Source: Phaeosaccion multiseriatum
Lineage: Eukaryota; Protista; Ochrophyta, other classes
DNA length: 64,000 nucleotides
Assembly (NCBI GenBank): GCA_965112735.1
Contig: OZ218955.1
Location: 1,550,001-1,614,000 of the forward strand
Direction: 5' to 3'
Shown: piece by piece, positions 43,401-56,500 of the stretch
Position numbering within the stretch: the first letter of the stretch is position 1
Layout: each line of letters opens with the position of its first letter
Made by a program: the position numbers and the translations under genes
The notes under the pieces: generated by a model
Seen by the model: only the letters and a program-made list of their open reading frames with translations
The model's database searches: none
What the model was told of the DNA's origin: nothing

Positions 43401-44549
43401 CAATCCGCGTGTCTTTGCCGAGAAAGCGTCCAAGCTGGGCGGAGGCCATAAGCGTGATGACCAAACTGCGTCATCGGCAGTTGGTCATACAGCAGCATCA
43501 GCAGCAGCGTCAGCAGCAACAACAACAACAAAGATACGAGGGTGCGTTTAGGAACACAACCAAAGCCCCCCCCCCCCCCAAAGGTAGGCCATACGTGTAG
43601 AAGGCACAACCAATGCCCACTTCCTCACACTCTCCCCCCTTTCTCCCTCCCCTCCCCTCACCCCCCTCCCCTCACCCTCCTCCCCTCCCTCCCCTCACCC
43701 CCCTTCCCCTCATCCTCCCTCCCCTCCCCCCCCCTCTCCTCCCTCCCCTCCCTCCCCTCCCCACCCCACCCCATCCCTCCCTCCCCCCCTCCTCCCCCCT
43801 CATATCACCCCAACCAGCCGCACCTGTCCGTGTAGTCAACATCATGGAAGGCCACAGGGAAGTTCCACACGGGGTTGACACTCCTGAGCTGTGGGGTGCG
43901 CCTCAGCGTAGAGTCGGGATCTCTCTGTAAGTAGCAAGTCACATAGACGCTCAACATGTTGTCCACCTTATAACAATCAAGGCACAGCCACATCATAAGG
44001 GGAGGATGGCAGGGGGGAAATGGAAGGCGCGGAGGAGGGAAAAGAAAAGGGGGTAGGTCAGAGGAGGAGGGGAGTGTGTGAGTGAGGGGTGAGGTCAGGG
44101 TTCCGTTAACTTATCAGACGTTAACTACCCGTCAAGTCAGACAGGTAGCAGCTGCAACACCAGCAGCAGCCCCCCAGCAGCCCCCCCTTCCCTACCTACA
44201 CTTTCAAGATCGACCTCTACATTGCTCGGTGTCGGGGGGGGGGGTACACAAGACCACACAGGGGGTTCTAATCAAACGAGACTGGCACTGAAACTGGCTC
44301 GGAAAACTGGCACTGAAACTGACACTGACACTGAACCGCTCTATGACACCTGCCTGCAGGTCCCAGTCGTGCGTCATGTCGAGATATGCCTCCAAGATGT
44401 CCACGTTCATGTTGTAAAGCTGCGAGGCCCGGTAGGTGGTCCAGTAGCGAGATTCGGTGGCCGGCTCCAAGGACGAAGGGCGGCCCATCTGCTTGGAGGT
44501 TTGGGGAGGGTTCTGGGAGTGTGAGCGGGTGTGTGTGTGTTTGACTTGT

Positions 44550-44589
<40 letters not shown>

Positions 44590-44668
44590 GGTTGTTGTTG
44601 TTGTGGTTGTTGTTGTTGTGGTTATTGTTGTTGTTGATGTTATTGTTGTTGTTGTTATTGTTGTTGTT

Positions 44669-44713
<45 letters not shown>

Positions 44714-47401
44714 GGCGAGAGATAGAGAGAAGCTTTCTGCCTGGCCCCGCTCTAATTGACGCCTCTCTCCTCCTACAACACCAAGCCTACCTACCTACCT
44801 ACCTGCCCGCATCCATCCCATCTTCCCTCCACCCTCCACCCTCCACACACCTGGTAGGTCACCTGCCTCTCCCTCTGTTGGACTGTTTGAGCGGTCCTCT
44901 GCTGCGGCTTGTGCTTCACGAGCTCCGGGTTCTTCATCATGTGCTGTGTGAGTGGGTGGGTGAGTGGGTGGGTGAGTGGGTGAGTGGGTGAGTGGGTGAG
45001 TGGGTGGGTGAGTGGATGGGTGAGTGGGTGGGTGAGTGGATGGGTGAGTGCGCAAGTGAGTGCGTGAGTGAGTGAGTGAGTGAGTGAGTGAGAACCAAGT
45101 ACGTGAAGAAGTTCACCAAGTGAGTGAGGTTCGTAAGTGAGTGAGTTAAGTGAGTGGAGCTGAGTGAGTGGAGTTGGGTGAGTGAGTGAGTGAGTGAGTG
45201 AGTGAGTCAGAGTGAGTGAGTGAGTGAGTGAGTTGGGTGAATCAATCCGTCTGGCGCCTCCCCTCTCTTCACACACACCCACTCTCTCCCTCTCTCTCTC
45301 AACCCCCTCACCCCTTCCTCACCCCCCCCCCGTATCTCTCTCTCTCCCCGGCAAACACCACTCACCTCCTCCACGAGCAGACTGTAAGCATCCCCTGCAA
45401 GCCTGAAGAACACATCGGGCTTAGCGATAAAGGGCTGCTGTTGCGACACCCCTCGGAGGAAGCCTTTGCGCAACATGGCGTTTCCAAAGCCCTCCGCCTC
45501 CTCCACAGACTCCGCCCACCCCGCCTGTGATTATTCAGAATCAGACGGTTTCGACGGTTTCAGCTTCAAAGATGAGACTCCAAGTTTTATCCGTTCAATA
45601 CTTAGTTTAGACCTTTTAGGCTCCCGCCCTAGCCCGCCGGGGGGGGGGGGCTAAATTGAGCCAATTGATCATTCCATTCCTTGACCCGCCACTTTTCCAT
45701 TCAAAGTCTCAATTCCTGCTCCACTCACTGACGTACTGGGCCCGCTCACTGACGTACTGGACCCGCTCACTGACTTACTGACCCCTTCACTGACTTACTG
45801 ACCCGCTCACTGACTTACGGACCCCTTCACTGACTTACTGACCCGCTCACTGACTTACTGACCTGCACGATGAAGTCTGCGGCGCTCTTTCCGCTGAAGG
45901 CCTTTCGTGGCACGCGAGCGGAGTGACGAGCCTGACCGGCGTTCGAACGGCCCCTGTTGTTGTTTGTTGTGTTGGTTAGTTTGATAGGTTGTTTGCTTTG
46001 TTTTCTTTTTGCATCTCTCTTCTCATTCCATCGATCTCTTAACTAGTCTGTCTCCTTATTATATAGTCTGTCTACCTTACTATAGAATTAGTCTGTCTAC
46101 CTCAGTATGCCCTTGTCTGTCTTCTTTACCTTTTCAAGTCGAAAGTTACACGTTTCGATGCAAACTCAAGCGTGTCCACGGGCACATTGGGCACGCGATC
46201 GTACCAGTGCCACGAGGCCTACAGCAGTTGGTGATACACACATGAGCAGGCAACAGAGCAGAGCAGCAGCGAGGGGTGAGAGGAGTCGGTGTGGAGTGTA
46301 TGTGTATGTAGAGAGAGAGAGAGGTTGCATAGATGTGGATGGATAGATATATAAACATAATAGATGGAATGGATAGATGGATAGATGGATACATCGACAG
46401 ATAGAAAAAAAAGAGAAAGACACAGATACGTAGATAAGAAATGCAGACAGATGACAACGACAGAAAGACAGATGGGCGGATAGACGGGGCGGCATTCCCT
46501 CTCCCATTCCATCCCCCTCCCACTTCTCTCCTCTCCTCTTCAGTCGTTGCGTTACCTTACCTTGGGAAGCAACAGCTTGTCCACGAGCTTTCTGACGCGT
46601 CCCCCGTTCCCGCGCGTACGCCTGCGGTCTCGGGACACGTAACGCTCTACGAGGAGCATGTATTCGTCCTCTGCAAAGCGATACAGCTCCGTCCTAAGGG
46701 GAGGAGGGAGGGTGCAATGAGGCAATAGGTAAAGATAGAGTTCAAGTCCGTTAGAGTTCAAGTCCACTGTCATCAAAATTCACCACCCCTCCCCATCCAC
46801 TGCATCCACCTCCGCCTCCCCCCCACTGCACTTGCCTCGGAATTCACACGCACGCACATGCACATACACATGCACACACACATGCACACACACATGCACA
46901 TGCACACATGCACATACACACACACATGCACACACACATGCACACACACACACACACACATGCACACACACACTTGCACACACACACATGCACATACACA
47001 CACACATGCACACACACATGCACACACACACTTGCACACACACACATGCACATACACACACACATGCACACACACATGCACACACACACACACACACACA
47101 TGCACATGCACACACACATGCACACACACATGCACACACATGCACACACACATGCACACACACACACACATGCACACACACATGCACACACACACACACA
47201 TGCACACACACATGCACATACACACACATGCACACACACATGCACACGCACAGACACACACACACGCACACACACACATGCACACACACATGCACACACA
47301 CATGCACACGCACAGACACACACACACACGCACACACACACATGCACACACACATGCACACACACATGCACACACACATGCACACGCACAGACACACACA
47401 C

Positions 47402-47465
<64 letters not shown>

Positions 47466-48112
47466 CACACACACATGCACACGCACAGACACACACACCA
47501 TACACACATGTATACACGCACAGACACAGACACACCATACACACACATCACGCACACACACACACACACACATCACGCACATCACGCACACACAAATGTA
47601 TACACGCACATGCACACACACATGTATACACCCACAGACACACACACACCACACACACACACATCACGCACACACATACACACACGCACACACACACACG
47701 CACACACATACACACACGCATATATCACGCACACACACATACACACACGCATACACACACATACACACACATCACGCACACACACACACATCACGCACAC
47801 ACACACACGCATACACACACATACATACACACACATCACGCACACATACACACACATCACGCACACATACACACATACATACACGCATATACACACATCA
47901 CGCATACACACATAGACACACACGCATACACACACATACACACACACATACACACACATACACACACACATACACACACATACACACACACGTACTTGGA
48001 GCACTTCATGAGTCCGGGCCTGTCAACGTGCGTGATGAGGCCCAGCCTGTGAAGCAACAGATCACCACCAGGGGAAGGAGGGGTGGGGGGGGGTGAGACG
48101 GCGGAGAGCACA

Positions 48113-48158
<46 letters not shown>

Positions 48159-49378
48159 GGTTTGGGTGGGGCTTCGCATTCATGTGTACGTATGTGTGTG
48201 CGTGTGTGTGTTTGTATGTTTGTGTGTGCGTGTGTGTGTGTATGTTTGTGTGTGCGTGTGTGTGTATGTGCGTGTCTGGGTGGCTGGGTGTATGTGTGCG
48301 TATGGGTGGGTGGGTGCGTGTGTGTATGTGTGTGTGTGTGTGTGTGTGGTGGCTCAGCGATGGCTTTGTGTCTTCCATCTTGAACGAGTCAGGGAAGGGG
48401 GGGGATGAGCCCCAACTGCGGAAGAAATTGCGAAACGGCCTCACACCCACCAACGCCCTCACCTTCCCCACCCACCCACTGACTTACTACCCACACACAA
48501 ACACAGACGCCTGAACTTACTACCCCACCTACCCACCCACCCATTGACTTACTCCCCAAATATTCTCACTCATTGACGTGCTACCGCCACCTACCCACCC
48601 ACTGACTTACTACACACACACAAACACAGACGCCTGAACTTACTACCCCACCTACCCACCCACCCATTGACTTACTACCCACATATCCCCACCCATTGAC
48701 TTGCTACCGCCACCTACCCACCCTCTGACTTACTACCCACGGACCTAATCATGTGGTTGAGGAAGTGCTCTGCAGCGGTTTGGTCCTCCGCAAGCTTCAT
48801 GCCCCTCACGCTGCCCACGGCCTCCTCTCCGCTGAAGCAGCGCTTGTACGAGCGGCGCAATGAGTCTCTGGGCGAAGGGGGCAGGGGGGAGCGGGGGGGG
48901 AAAGGACAGGAAAACAGAGAGAGAGAGGGGGGGGGGGTAGTGGTGGCGAGTGGTGGGTGGGTGGATGATGGTGGATGGTGGTGGATGGTGGTGGATGGTG
49001 GTGGTGATATAGGAGTTGGTGCAAAGTGTGGGAAAAAGGGTCATGGAGGGAATTGTGATTGCGTATTTGGCCGCCATTTGGCCGCCATGCCGGACCTCTC
49101 ACTCCCTTGACTGTCAATTGTTCACATCAGAGCTCTGCACGCACGCACACGCGCGCGCACATTCACACACACTCAACACACACACCTACACACCTACACA
49201 CCTACACACCTGTTGGTCCCCACTACCAAGGCAGTGACGAGCTTGAGCTGCACGGAGCGCCAGTCGTAGTCGAAGGGCACTCCCCCATCCCTGCCATCGA
49301 GTTCCATGCCCTCCACGCTACCGCCCACCATACCTCTGTTAGCGCGATGGTACGATCCCCCCACCTCACCTCCTCCTC

Positions 49379-49413
<35 letters not shown>

Positions 49414-49418
49414 CCCCC

Positions 49419-49452
<34 letters not shown>

Positions 49453-49746
49453 TCCTCCTCCTCCTCCTCCTCCTCCTCCTCCTCCGAGCTTGCTGTTGTC
49501 CATCTCTCTGTCCTCGACGCTGGTGGTGAGCGAGGGGCTATGGAGTACGTGCCTGGGCATGGTCATGTTCATGTTCAGGATGGAGCCCAACGACCCCATC
49601 ATCTTTGCAATCCCATCCCTTGTCTTTGGCATGTTCGTGCTCTCATCCTGCCCCGGCCCCGGATCCGCCACCTGCTGCTGCTGCTGCTGTTGCGGCGGTC
49701 GCCCGGTAGGTGGGGGGGTCATGGCATTTGGTCCGGGAGGGTCCAT
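40488..49746 (-). CDS. Protein with tandem DEP domains and a C2 domain (about 13 exons)
   Basis: DEP1: [11 protein letters not shown]...[10 protein letters not shown]|LGLITHV...ELYRF. DEP2: [14 protein letters not shown]|[26 protein letters not shown]...FFRL. C2: VDILEA...SVYVTCYL...[19 protein letters not shown]...QWWYVL. There is an apparent frameshift in the G-homopolymers of exon 1. Confidence 0.75.
42315..42557. repeat. ~20-bp minisatellite (CTCTCCCTTGTCCCCTCT)n, intronic
   Basis: About 12 copies. Confidence 0.92.
46850..47990. repeat. 1.1-kb compound (CA)n/(CACATG)n microsatellite, intronic
   Basis: Directly visible; on the sense (minus) strand it reads (GT)n from the donor. Confidence 0.97.
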
Positions 49747-50199
49747 GACTGCCTGTGAGGCTTTCGGCTCGCACGAGTCCCGCCTCTCTAGTTAAGATGG
49801 TCACACACACCCCCAGCCTCTGCTCTCCTCCACTCCCCTCTCAGCATCGCTAGTCGCATGGCGGGAACACGAACAATCCCCCCCCCGGTCGCCTTTGAGG
49901 CGGCCAAGACAAGTTAGAATACGGAAAGAAAGAATGGGTTTTGAGAGACAATGAGATAAAACGAAAGCGTGTGAGTCCAGCTCCCAACAAGTGCAGGCGT
50001 GATGCCAAAGCCGTGGCAAAAGATGCCCGGGAAGACAGTACGATGAGAGAAAAAAGAAATGGAAAAAAGACAAAGACCTAGCTAATAGCTAAGAACTGAG
50101 AATCGTCGGGCCACCAACAGATTGATTTGGGCCACCAACAGGTGCGCTTCCATTTTTTTTCCCTCCCTTTCTATAGCCTCCCAGTACTCAACAGCCACG

Positions 50200-51342
50200 A
50201 TGGAGAATGAATGCAGCGACAGTGGTATCAGTGGTGGTGGAGGCGGGTCTGAGAGCGAAGAAAACGCTGTGAGGGAAGGCAGAATGGCAAAAGATGATGA
50301 AAGAGGAGGCGGTGACAAAACTAACGATGATGATGAGGAGGGGGGGGGAGGCGGCGATGAGTCGTCGTCGTCGTCGTCCGAGGAGAAGGAGGAGGAAGAG
50401 GAGGAGGAGCAAGGCGAGGACGAAGAGGACGAAGAGAATACTAACCTTGAAGGCGAGAGTGACGACATGGACATGGACCGCGAGGATGATGCCGATGAGG
50501 CGACGAGCACCCACAAGGACATTGGCCAGAACGGTGATGGCATTGCAGAGGCGGCTGCTGCGAATGAATCTCAGGGCACACCATGCCGTGCATCGTCGGC
50601 ACCCTTATCGGCTGGAGGCGGGGGCAGCGGGGAAGGCGTAGTACCAACCACGAAAGGAGCAAAGAGGAAGAGAGAAGGGGCAGAGGAGACGAAGCAGGAC
50701 CTGAGGAAGAAGAAGAACGCCACGAAGAGGAGGTTGCGGGTGGACAACGATGCTCGAGCCTTTGACCTGTTTTGCAAGTACACCCGCCTTCGCTTCAGAC
50801 TCAAGGAGCAGAAGCAGCAGCAACGGCAGCAGCAGCAGCTGCAGCAGCGGCAGCTGCGGCAGCAGCACAAGGAGGAGGAGGAGGAGGAGGAGGAGGAGGA
50901 GGAGGAGGAGGAGGAGGAGGAGGAGGAGGAGGAGGAGGAGGAGGAGGAGGAGGAGGAGGAGGAGGAGGAAGAGGGACAGCAGCAGGGGAAGGGGCAGAAG
51001 AGGAAGCGGGAGGAGGGGAAGAAGGAAGAGGGGAAGGAGGGCTATGGGGAGGAGGTAGCGCCCAGCCCCATTCCCATGCCGAAAACACCGTTGGAGCTGC
51101 TGAGGGACCTGCGAGAGAGGTGGAACAAGCTACCTACCATTGGCAAATGGCAGTGGCGCAAGCGTACGATCGAGACAGACGAGGCGGCTCTTTGGGACTG
51201 GCGAGAGAGGGAGCACCATGCGCTGCAGCTCAAGCAGGCGCGGCAGGACAGGAGGAGAAAGAGGGAGGCCAAGAGCCAGAGAGAGGCCGACGGAGCCAAA
51301 GCGGTGGCTGAGTTGCGGGCAAGGACCTCGAAGCGGCTGTGA
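50200..51342 (+). CDS. Acidic/basic nuclear protein with a split HMG-box-like domain, apparently intronless
   Basis: RAFDLFCKYTR...P..PLELLRDLRERWNKLPTIGKWQW resembles HMG-box helices 1-3, interrupted by poly-Q/poly-E. NLS-like KRKR occurs twice. Confidence 0.55.
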   Translation: MENECSDSGISGGGGGSESEENAVREGRMAKDDERGGGDKTNDDDEEGGGGGDESSSSSSEEKEEEEEEEQGEDEEDEENTNLEGESDDMDMDREDDADEATSTHKDIGQNGDGIAEAAAANESQGTPCRASSAPLSAGGGGSGEGVVPTTKGAKRKREGAEETKQDLRKKKNATKRRLRVDNDARAFDLFCKYTRLRFRLKEQKQQQRQQQQLQQRQLRQQHKEEEEEEEEEEEEEEEEEEEEEEEEEEEEEEEEEEGQQQGKGQKRKREEGKKEEGKEGYGEEVAPSPIPMPKTPLELLRDLRERWNKLPTIGKWQWRKRTIETDEAALWDWREREHHALQLKQARQDRRRKREAKSQREADGAKAVAELRARTSKRL

Positions 51343-51781
51343 GGGGTGGAGGAGGAGGAAGGGGCTGGAAGTGGAAGGGACGAGCGCGGAAGGGTCTTCT
51401 TTCGACGGCCGTCAGAAAGTGGCGCGGAGAGAGGACTAGATAAGGGCGAGGTAAGTAAGCAAGACAAGTCGGGGGCGTGGTTTGGAACAGCTAGTGTTGG
51501 GAGTGGAAAGGCCCAAACGCCCTCTTTGCGTCAGTATGTAAAAAGCACTCCAGCCATGTAAATACAGCGTATCACCACATGTTGTACATGACACACACAC
51601 TCCCCTTCTTCGCTAATAGTATTACTTCTAATACTTCTCTACTACTACTACTGCGACTACTACTACTACCTCTACTTCTACTACTACGACGACTGCTCCT
51701 TCTCCTCCTCCTCCTTCTCCTCCTCCTCCTCCTCCTCCTCCTCCTCCTCCTCCTCCTCCTTCTCCTCCTCCTCCTCCCCCC

Positions 51782-53492
51782 TTACGACCAAGGAACGAGT
51801 CGTTGCCTTACTCGAGCATCCTCCCTCCCCCTCTCCTCCTCCCTCTCGTAGGCCCTAGCGGCTGCCTTGAGGTCCTCCTGTCTCCTCTCGATGGCCTCTT
51901 TAGTGACGGGCTCGGTGCCTTGTCGCATACCGCGGCTGCGAGTGAAATCACGGCCGCGGCGGTTCTGAGTAGTGGAGCTGCAGAGGAGAGAAGAGGAGAA
52001 AGCGCAGAGAGAGAGGGAGAGAGAGGGAAGTAGGGGCGGGGCGGGCGGAGGGACGGAGGGTGAGGGAGAGAGAGGGAGAGAGGAGAGAGGAGAGAACAGA
52101 GGAAGGGAGGGGAGAGGAGAGGAGAGGGAGAGAGAGAGACAGAGAGGCGGACGGAGGTCAGGCAGAGCATCACAAGTGGCAAAAGCGAAACCACTCAATG
52201 CGGGTAGCGACCCTGCACCTGCACCTGCCCCCCCCTTGTTGACTCCTTGTTGTCCACTACCTCACTGCTCCCTGACTTACGCACCTACTCAGCACAGAGG
52301 CCAGGATCTGCGCTTTGCCCTGCGCACTGAGAGACAGCCTTCCCGTATCGGAGAAGGAGGTGCCTCCTCCTCCTCCTCCTCCCGTTGCTGCGGCGGTTGC
52401 TGCTGTACCACCAACTGCTGCTGTACCACCAACTGCTGCTGTTCGTAGCGAGCGCTCTTCTTCCCCTCCGAAGACACTGAAGGCTCTGTGCGTGCTCTCC
52501 CTGGCCCCGATGCCCCGAAGGGTGTGTTGCCGCTGCTGCTGCTGCTGCTGCTGCCGCCCCTTCCCTCTCCTCTCGTCCTCTGAATCCTCCTCTGAGTCCG
52601 TGTCCTCCTCCTCCTCCTCCTCCTCCTCCTCCTCCTCCTCCTCCTGCCGCTTCCTCCTGGCCCGTTCGGAGAACACTTCTCGACTAACTTTCTCTCTCAT
52701 TGCCCTGTATGTACCACCTGTGACACTTCCCGCTGCTGCTGTATCACCAACTGCTACTGGTCCTACTCCAGCACTCGACTGCCCTTCACTGCCCCGCCTC
52801 AGCGTAGTCCCTCCTCCTCCTCCTCCTGCTCCTCCTCCTGCTCCGCCTGCCCTTTCTCCACACCCTCCATGTGCCTCCTCCCCGCCGCTCAGAGCTTGGG
52901 TTGAATCAAAGCCACTTGCCTCCAGCAGGCCCTTGAAGTCGGAGTTCACCATCCGGGGCAAGATACTGAAGCGCGGACGGGGAGGAGGGGTGTCTTTCGC
53001 TGCTGCTGCTCCTCCTCCTCCTCCTCCTCCTCCTCCTCCTCCTCCTCCTCCTCCTCCTGCTCCTCCTCCTCCTCCTCCTCCTCCTCCTCCTCCTCCTCCT
53101 CCTCCTCCTCCTCCTCCTCCTCCCCCTCCCCCTCCTCCTCCTCCTCCTCCTCCTCCTTCTCCTCCTCCTCCTGCTCCTCCTGCTCCTCCTCCTCCTCCTC
53201 CTTCCCCACCCCGCCGCTTGTTCCTGACAGCCCCATGGTGCCCTGATCTCCAGAGAGGAATGCCTTTCTCCACCGCAGCCGCACAAGCTGCTCCCCCGAT
53301 CGCCGACAGCCTCTCATAACGATCACCGTCACTTTCTCCTCCCTCGGTGCTCCCTCTCCTCCCTGTTGTACTACTGTCCCTCCCCTTCCTGCCCCTCTCC
53401 CAATCTCTCCTGTCCATGCATGAAGATGTCCGCGGTCGGAGTCGGCGCTTTCGGCCGTTCGGTGAAGAAGGGCCTTGGCCTTGTCCCATGCA

Positions 53493-53537
<45 letters not shown>

Positions 53538-56500
53538 TCCCGATCCGAAGGTGCGGTTGGCCTGTGTGCGTAGCTGGCGCCTCAGGATGGCTCGAACCTT
53601 TTGTTTCATCGCCCGTCCGGAGAAGCCAGCACAAAGGGAGGGGAGGGGAGGGGAGGGGGGTCATGAGTGAAGAACGAGATGGAGAAGAGCAGACAGAAGA
53701 GATGGGGGGGGGGGGGACTTGCATAGCAAAGGGATATGATTTGCTTCACTGTGCGTCACTCGTTCACCCCTCCCACCCTTTTGCCTTCACCTCTGCCCCT
53801 CTCTACTCTTCCACACACAGTCGCACGCACACACACGCGCGCACACACAAATGGGCGCACACACACACACGCACACACACACACGCACACACACACACGC
53901 ACACACACGCACACACACACACGCGCACACACACACACACACACACGCACACACACACACACACACACATACACACACACACACACATACACACACACCT
54001 CTGGGCTGGCCGGGGCGGGATAGAGATAGCCCAACGCATTGCTCGTGGCGTAGGCCTGCCTGGCCACGGAGAAGTCCCTGTCCTGACACCGACTACTCCG
54101 GCTGAGGCCATGCTTGTCCTGACACCTCTGCTGAGACGCTGCCGTTTCATTCTTGCCCCTCGGACCTCCTCCTCCTCCTCCTCCTCCTCCTCCTCCTCCT
54201 TCTGTGCCACCCCCCTGGGACGATGATGACGTGCCAGGTCGCCCTCCCCCCTGGGACAACGGTCGCCCCCCCCCAGCCCCACCTCCGAAGAGAGCCTCCA
54301 CCCCTGTACCGGGTCTGCCGGTAATGCCCCCTTGGGAAGACGCTGTACCGAGTCTCACTGCTGGACCGCCAGACCTTGACCCCACGGTGCCCGACATGCC
54401 CCCCCCCCCTCCTCCTCCTCCTCCTGCTGCTGCTCCCGTTGCGGGTTCAAGGTCTTCCTTCTCGCCTGTTCTCAGATGATGCCATTCGGAAAAGGTGCCC
54501 AAGGGGAGAAGAGAGAGAGAGAGGAAGAGAGAGAGAGAAAGAGAGAATTGCTTTGTTGAGAAAGATGATACCTCTGCCCTCTCTCAAGGCTGTGGCTTGT
54601 GTGAAGGGGGACGGGCCGCGGGGGAAGGACTCAACAGCAGTTGGCGATACAGCAGTTGGCGATACAGCAGCAGCAGCGGCAGCTCCCCCCTCCCCTCCTT
54701 CCTTCCCTCCCTTCTTCCTTCCCTCCCTCCCTCCCTCCGTACCGAGTCCGAAGGCCTTATTATTCCAGAGTGCCTTGGGAATGAAGCGCAGTGCGGCCTC
54801 TGTGTTCATGGCTTGGAGCAGGCGGGCAGCGTCGTTGTGCTCCCACTCTTAAAGTTACACGGGCCGGCATATGGGCAGGCATATGGGCAGGCATATGGGC
54901 AGGCATAAGAGAGCAGGTATATGAGCAACGCAGGCGGGTAGGCATGTGGGTAGGCAGACATCACACACACACACAGACACACAGACGCACACGCACACAC
55001 ACAATCGTACACACACGCGCACACACACACAGACACGCACGCACACACACATACACACACTTGGTAGCGATGATGTCTTGCTTACTTACCAATGTCCGCA
55101 TCAAAGAAGCTGTAGGCGGCCCTAAAAAGCGCTTCCACCGCCTCTCGAAGGGACAGTACGACAACCGGCATGAAGCAAGAGGCACCGAGCTTGGAAGAGC
55201 ACACGCGGGCCTTGATGTCAGTGTAGGCCTGCGGGGATGGCAGTGGATGGGTGGGGGAGGGAGGGAGAGAGGGGAGGGGTAGGCGGAAGGAAGGAAGGAA
55301 GGAAGGAAGGAAGGAAGGAAGGAAGGATGGATGGGTGGGTGGGGTGGATAGCAGGGTGGCATTGATGGGTGGGGGAAGGGGGGGATGGGGAGAGAGGGTG
55401 GACAGCAAGCAAGGGCCCCATACACAGAGAGGGGATTGGAAACATTTAGGAATATAGTCATACCCCTCTCCCATGCATCCACTACCATCAACCCATCCAC
55501 TCACAGACCCACTGATCCACCCATCCACTGCCATCCCCCCACCCATCCACTGCCATCCCCCCATCCATCCCCCCTCTCACCTCCACAATGGAGACAAAGA
55601 GTCGCTCCCTCTCGTCCGCCGACAGCAAGCGCACCTCATTCCCCAGGGAGGGTGCCCCTCCCGCCCCCCCGGCCCCCCCCACCCCCCCTGGGCCTACCTC
55701 CTCTCCGCAGGCGGCCATGGTGGTGGTCATGTTGGTGCTCATGGTGGAGCCCAGGGTCGTCGCCATCGTGCTGTTGAGGGTCGCGCTCGTGGTCATTCTC
55801 GTCAGGGTCAGCTGCGTCGGTTGCTGGGGGTACTGCTGTATCACCACATGCTGGAACTGCCGCTGCTGCTGCTGTGTGTGCGCGTGCGTGCCGGTGGTGA
55901 CCAAGTGGCCGCTGCTGTCCCAGTGGCGGTCCGCGGCGGTGACCAGCTTTGCGTAGGGGAGAACAAGTACCCAATACAAGTGATGCACAAGCAGGCCAAT
56001 GAGGGCAGCCACCTTGTCGCTGCAGAGGACTGACTTGAGCTCCTTGAGCAAGGTGATGTCCCTTGTAGACGCGAGGCGCCGGTCGTACTTGCCGAAGGGG
56101 AAGATACGGCAGAAGCTTGCCTGTCGATCGGTGGGTAGGTAAGAGGGTGGGTGAGTGGGTGGGTGGATGAGTGGGTGAGTAGGTAAGAGGGTGTGTGGGT
56201 AGGTAGGTAGGTAGGTAGGTAGGTAGGTAGGAGGGTAAGAGGGGGGGAGGAGCGACAGAGCAGCCAGAGAAAGAAGGGAGAGGGACAAAGAGAAGAGGCA
56301 TATTCGTTCATTCACGCGTTGGACCAAGGACGGGAGAGAGGGAGGAGAGTGAGACGGGACGAGAGAGACCCGAAGGCTAGAGATATCGAGGCGGGGAAAG
56401 GAGGATGAGGTGGGGTGTGCCAGCAAACACGACTTTCGACGACTTGCCTGCATGTGAAGGATAGCAGTGGTATCCATGGCGGGGGGATGAAGTAGACCCT

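Noticed and set aside
43965-44000. Apparent in-frame TGA upstream of the C2 exon (selenocysteine/readthrough)
   Set aside because: It lies in the intron upstream of the TAAG acceptor at 43967; no recoding is needed.
49366-49485. Frameshift in exon 1 of the DEP-C2 gene (pseudogene or programmed frameshift)
   Set aside because: It falls in long C/G homopolymers typical of long-read indel errors, and the downstream exons are intact.
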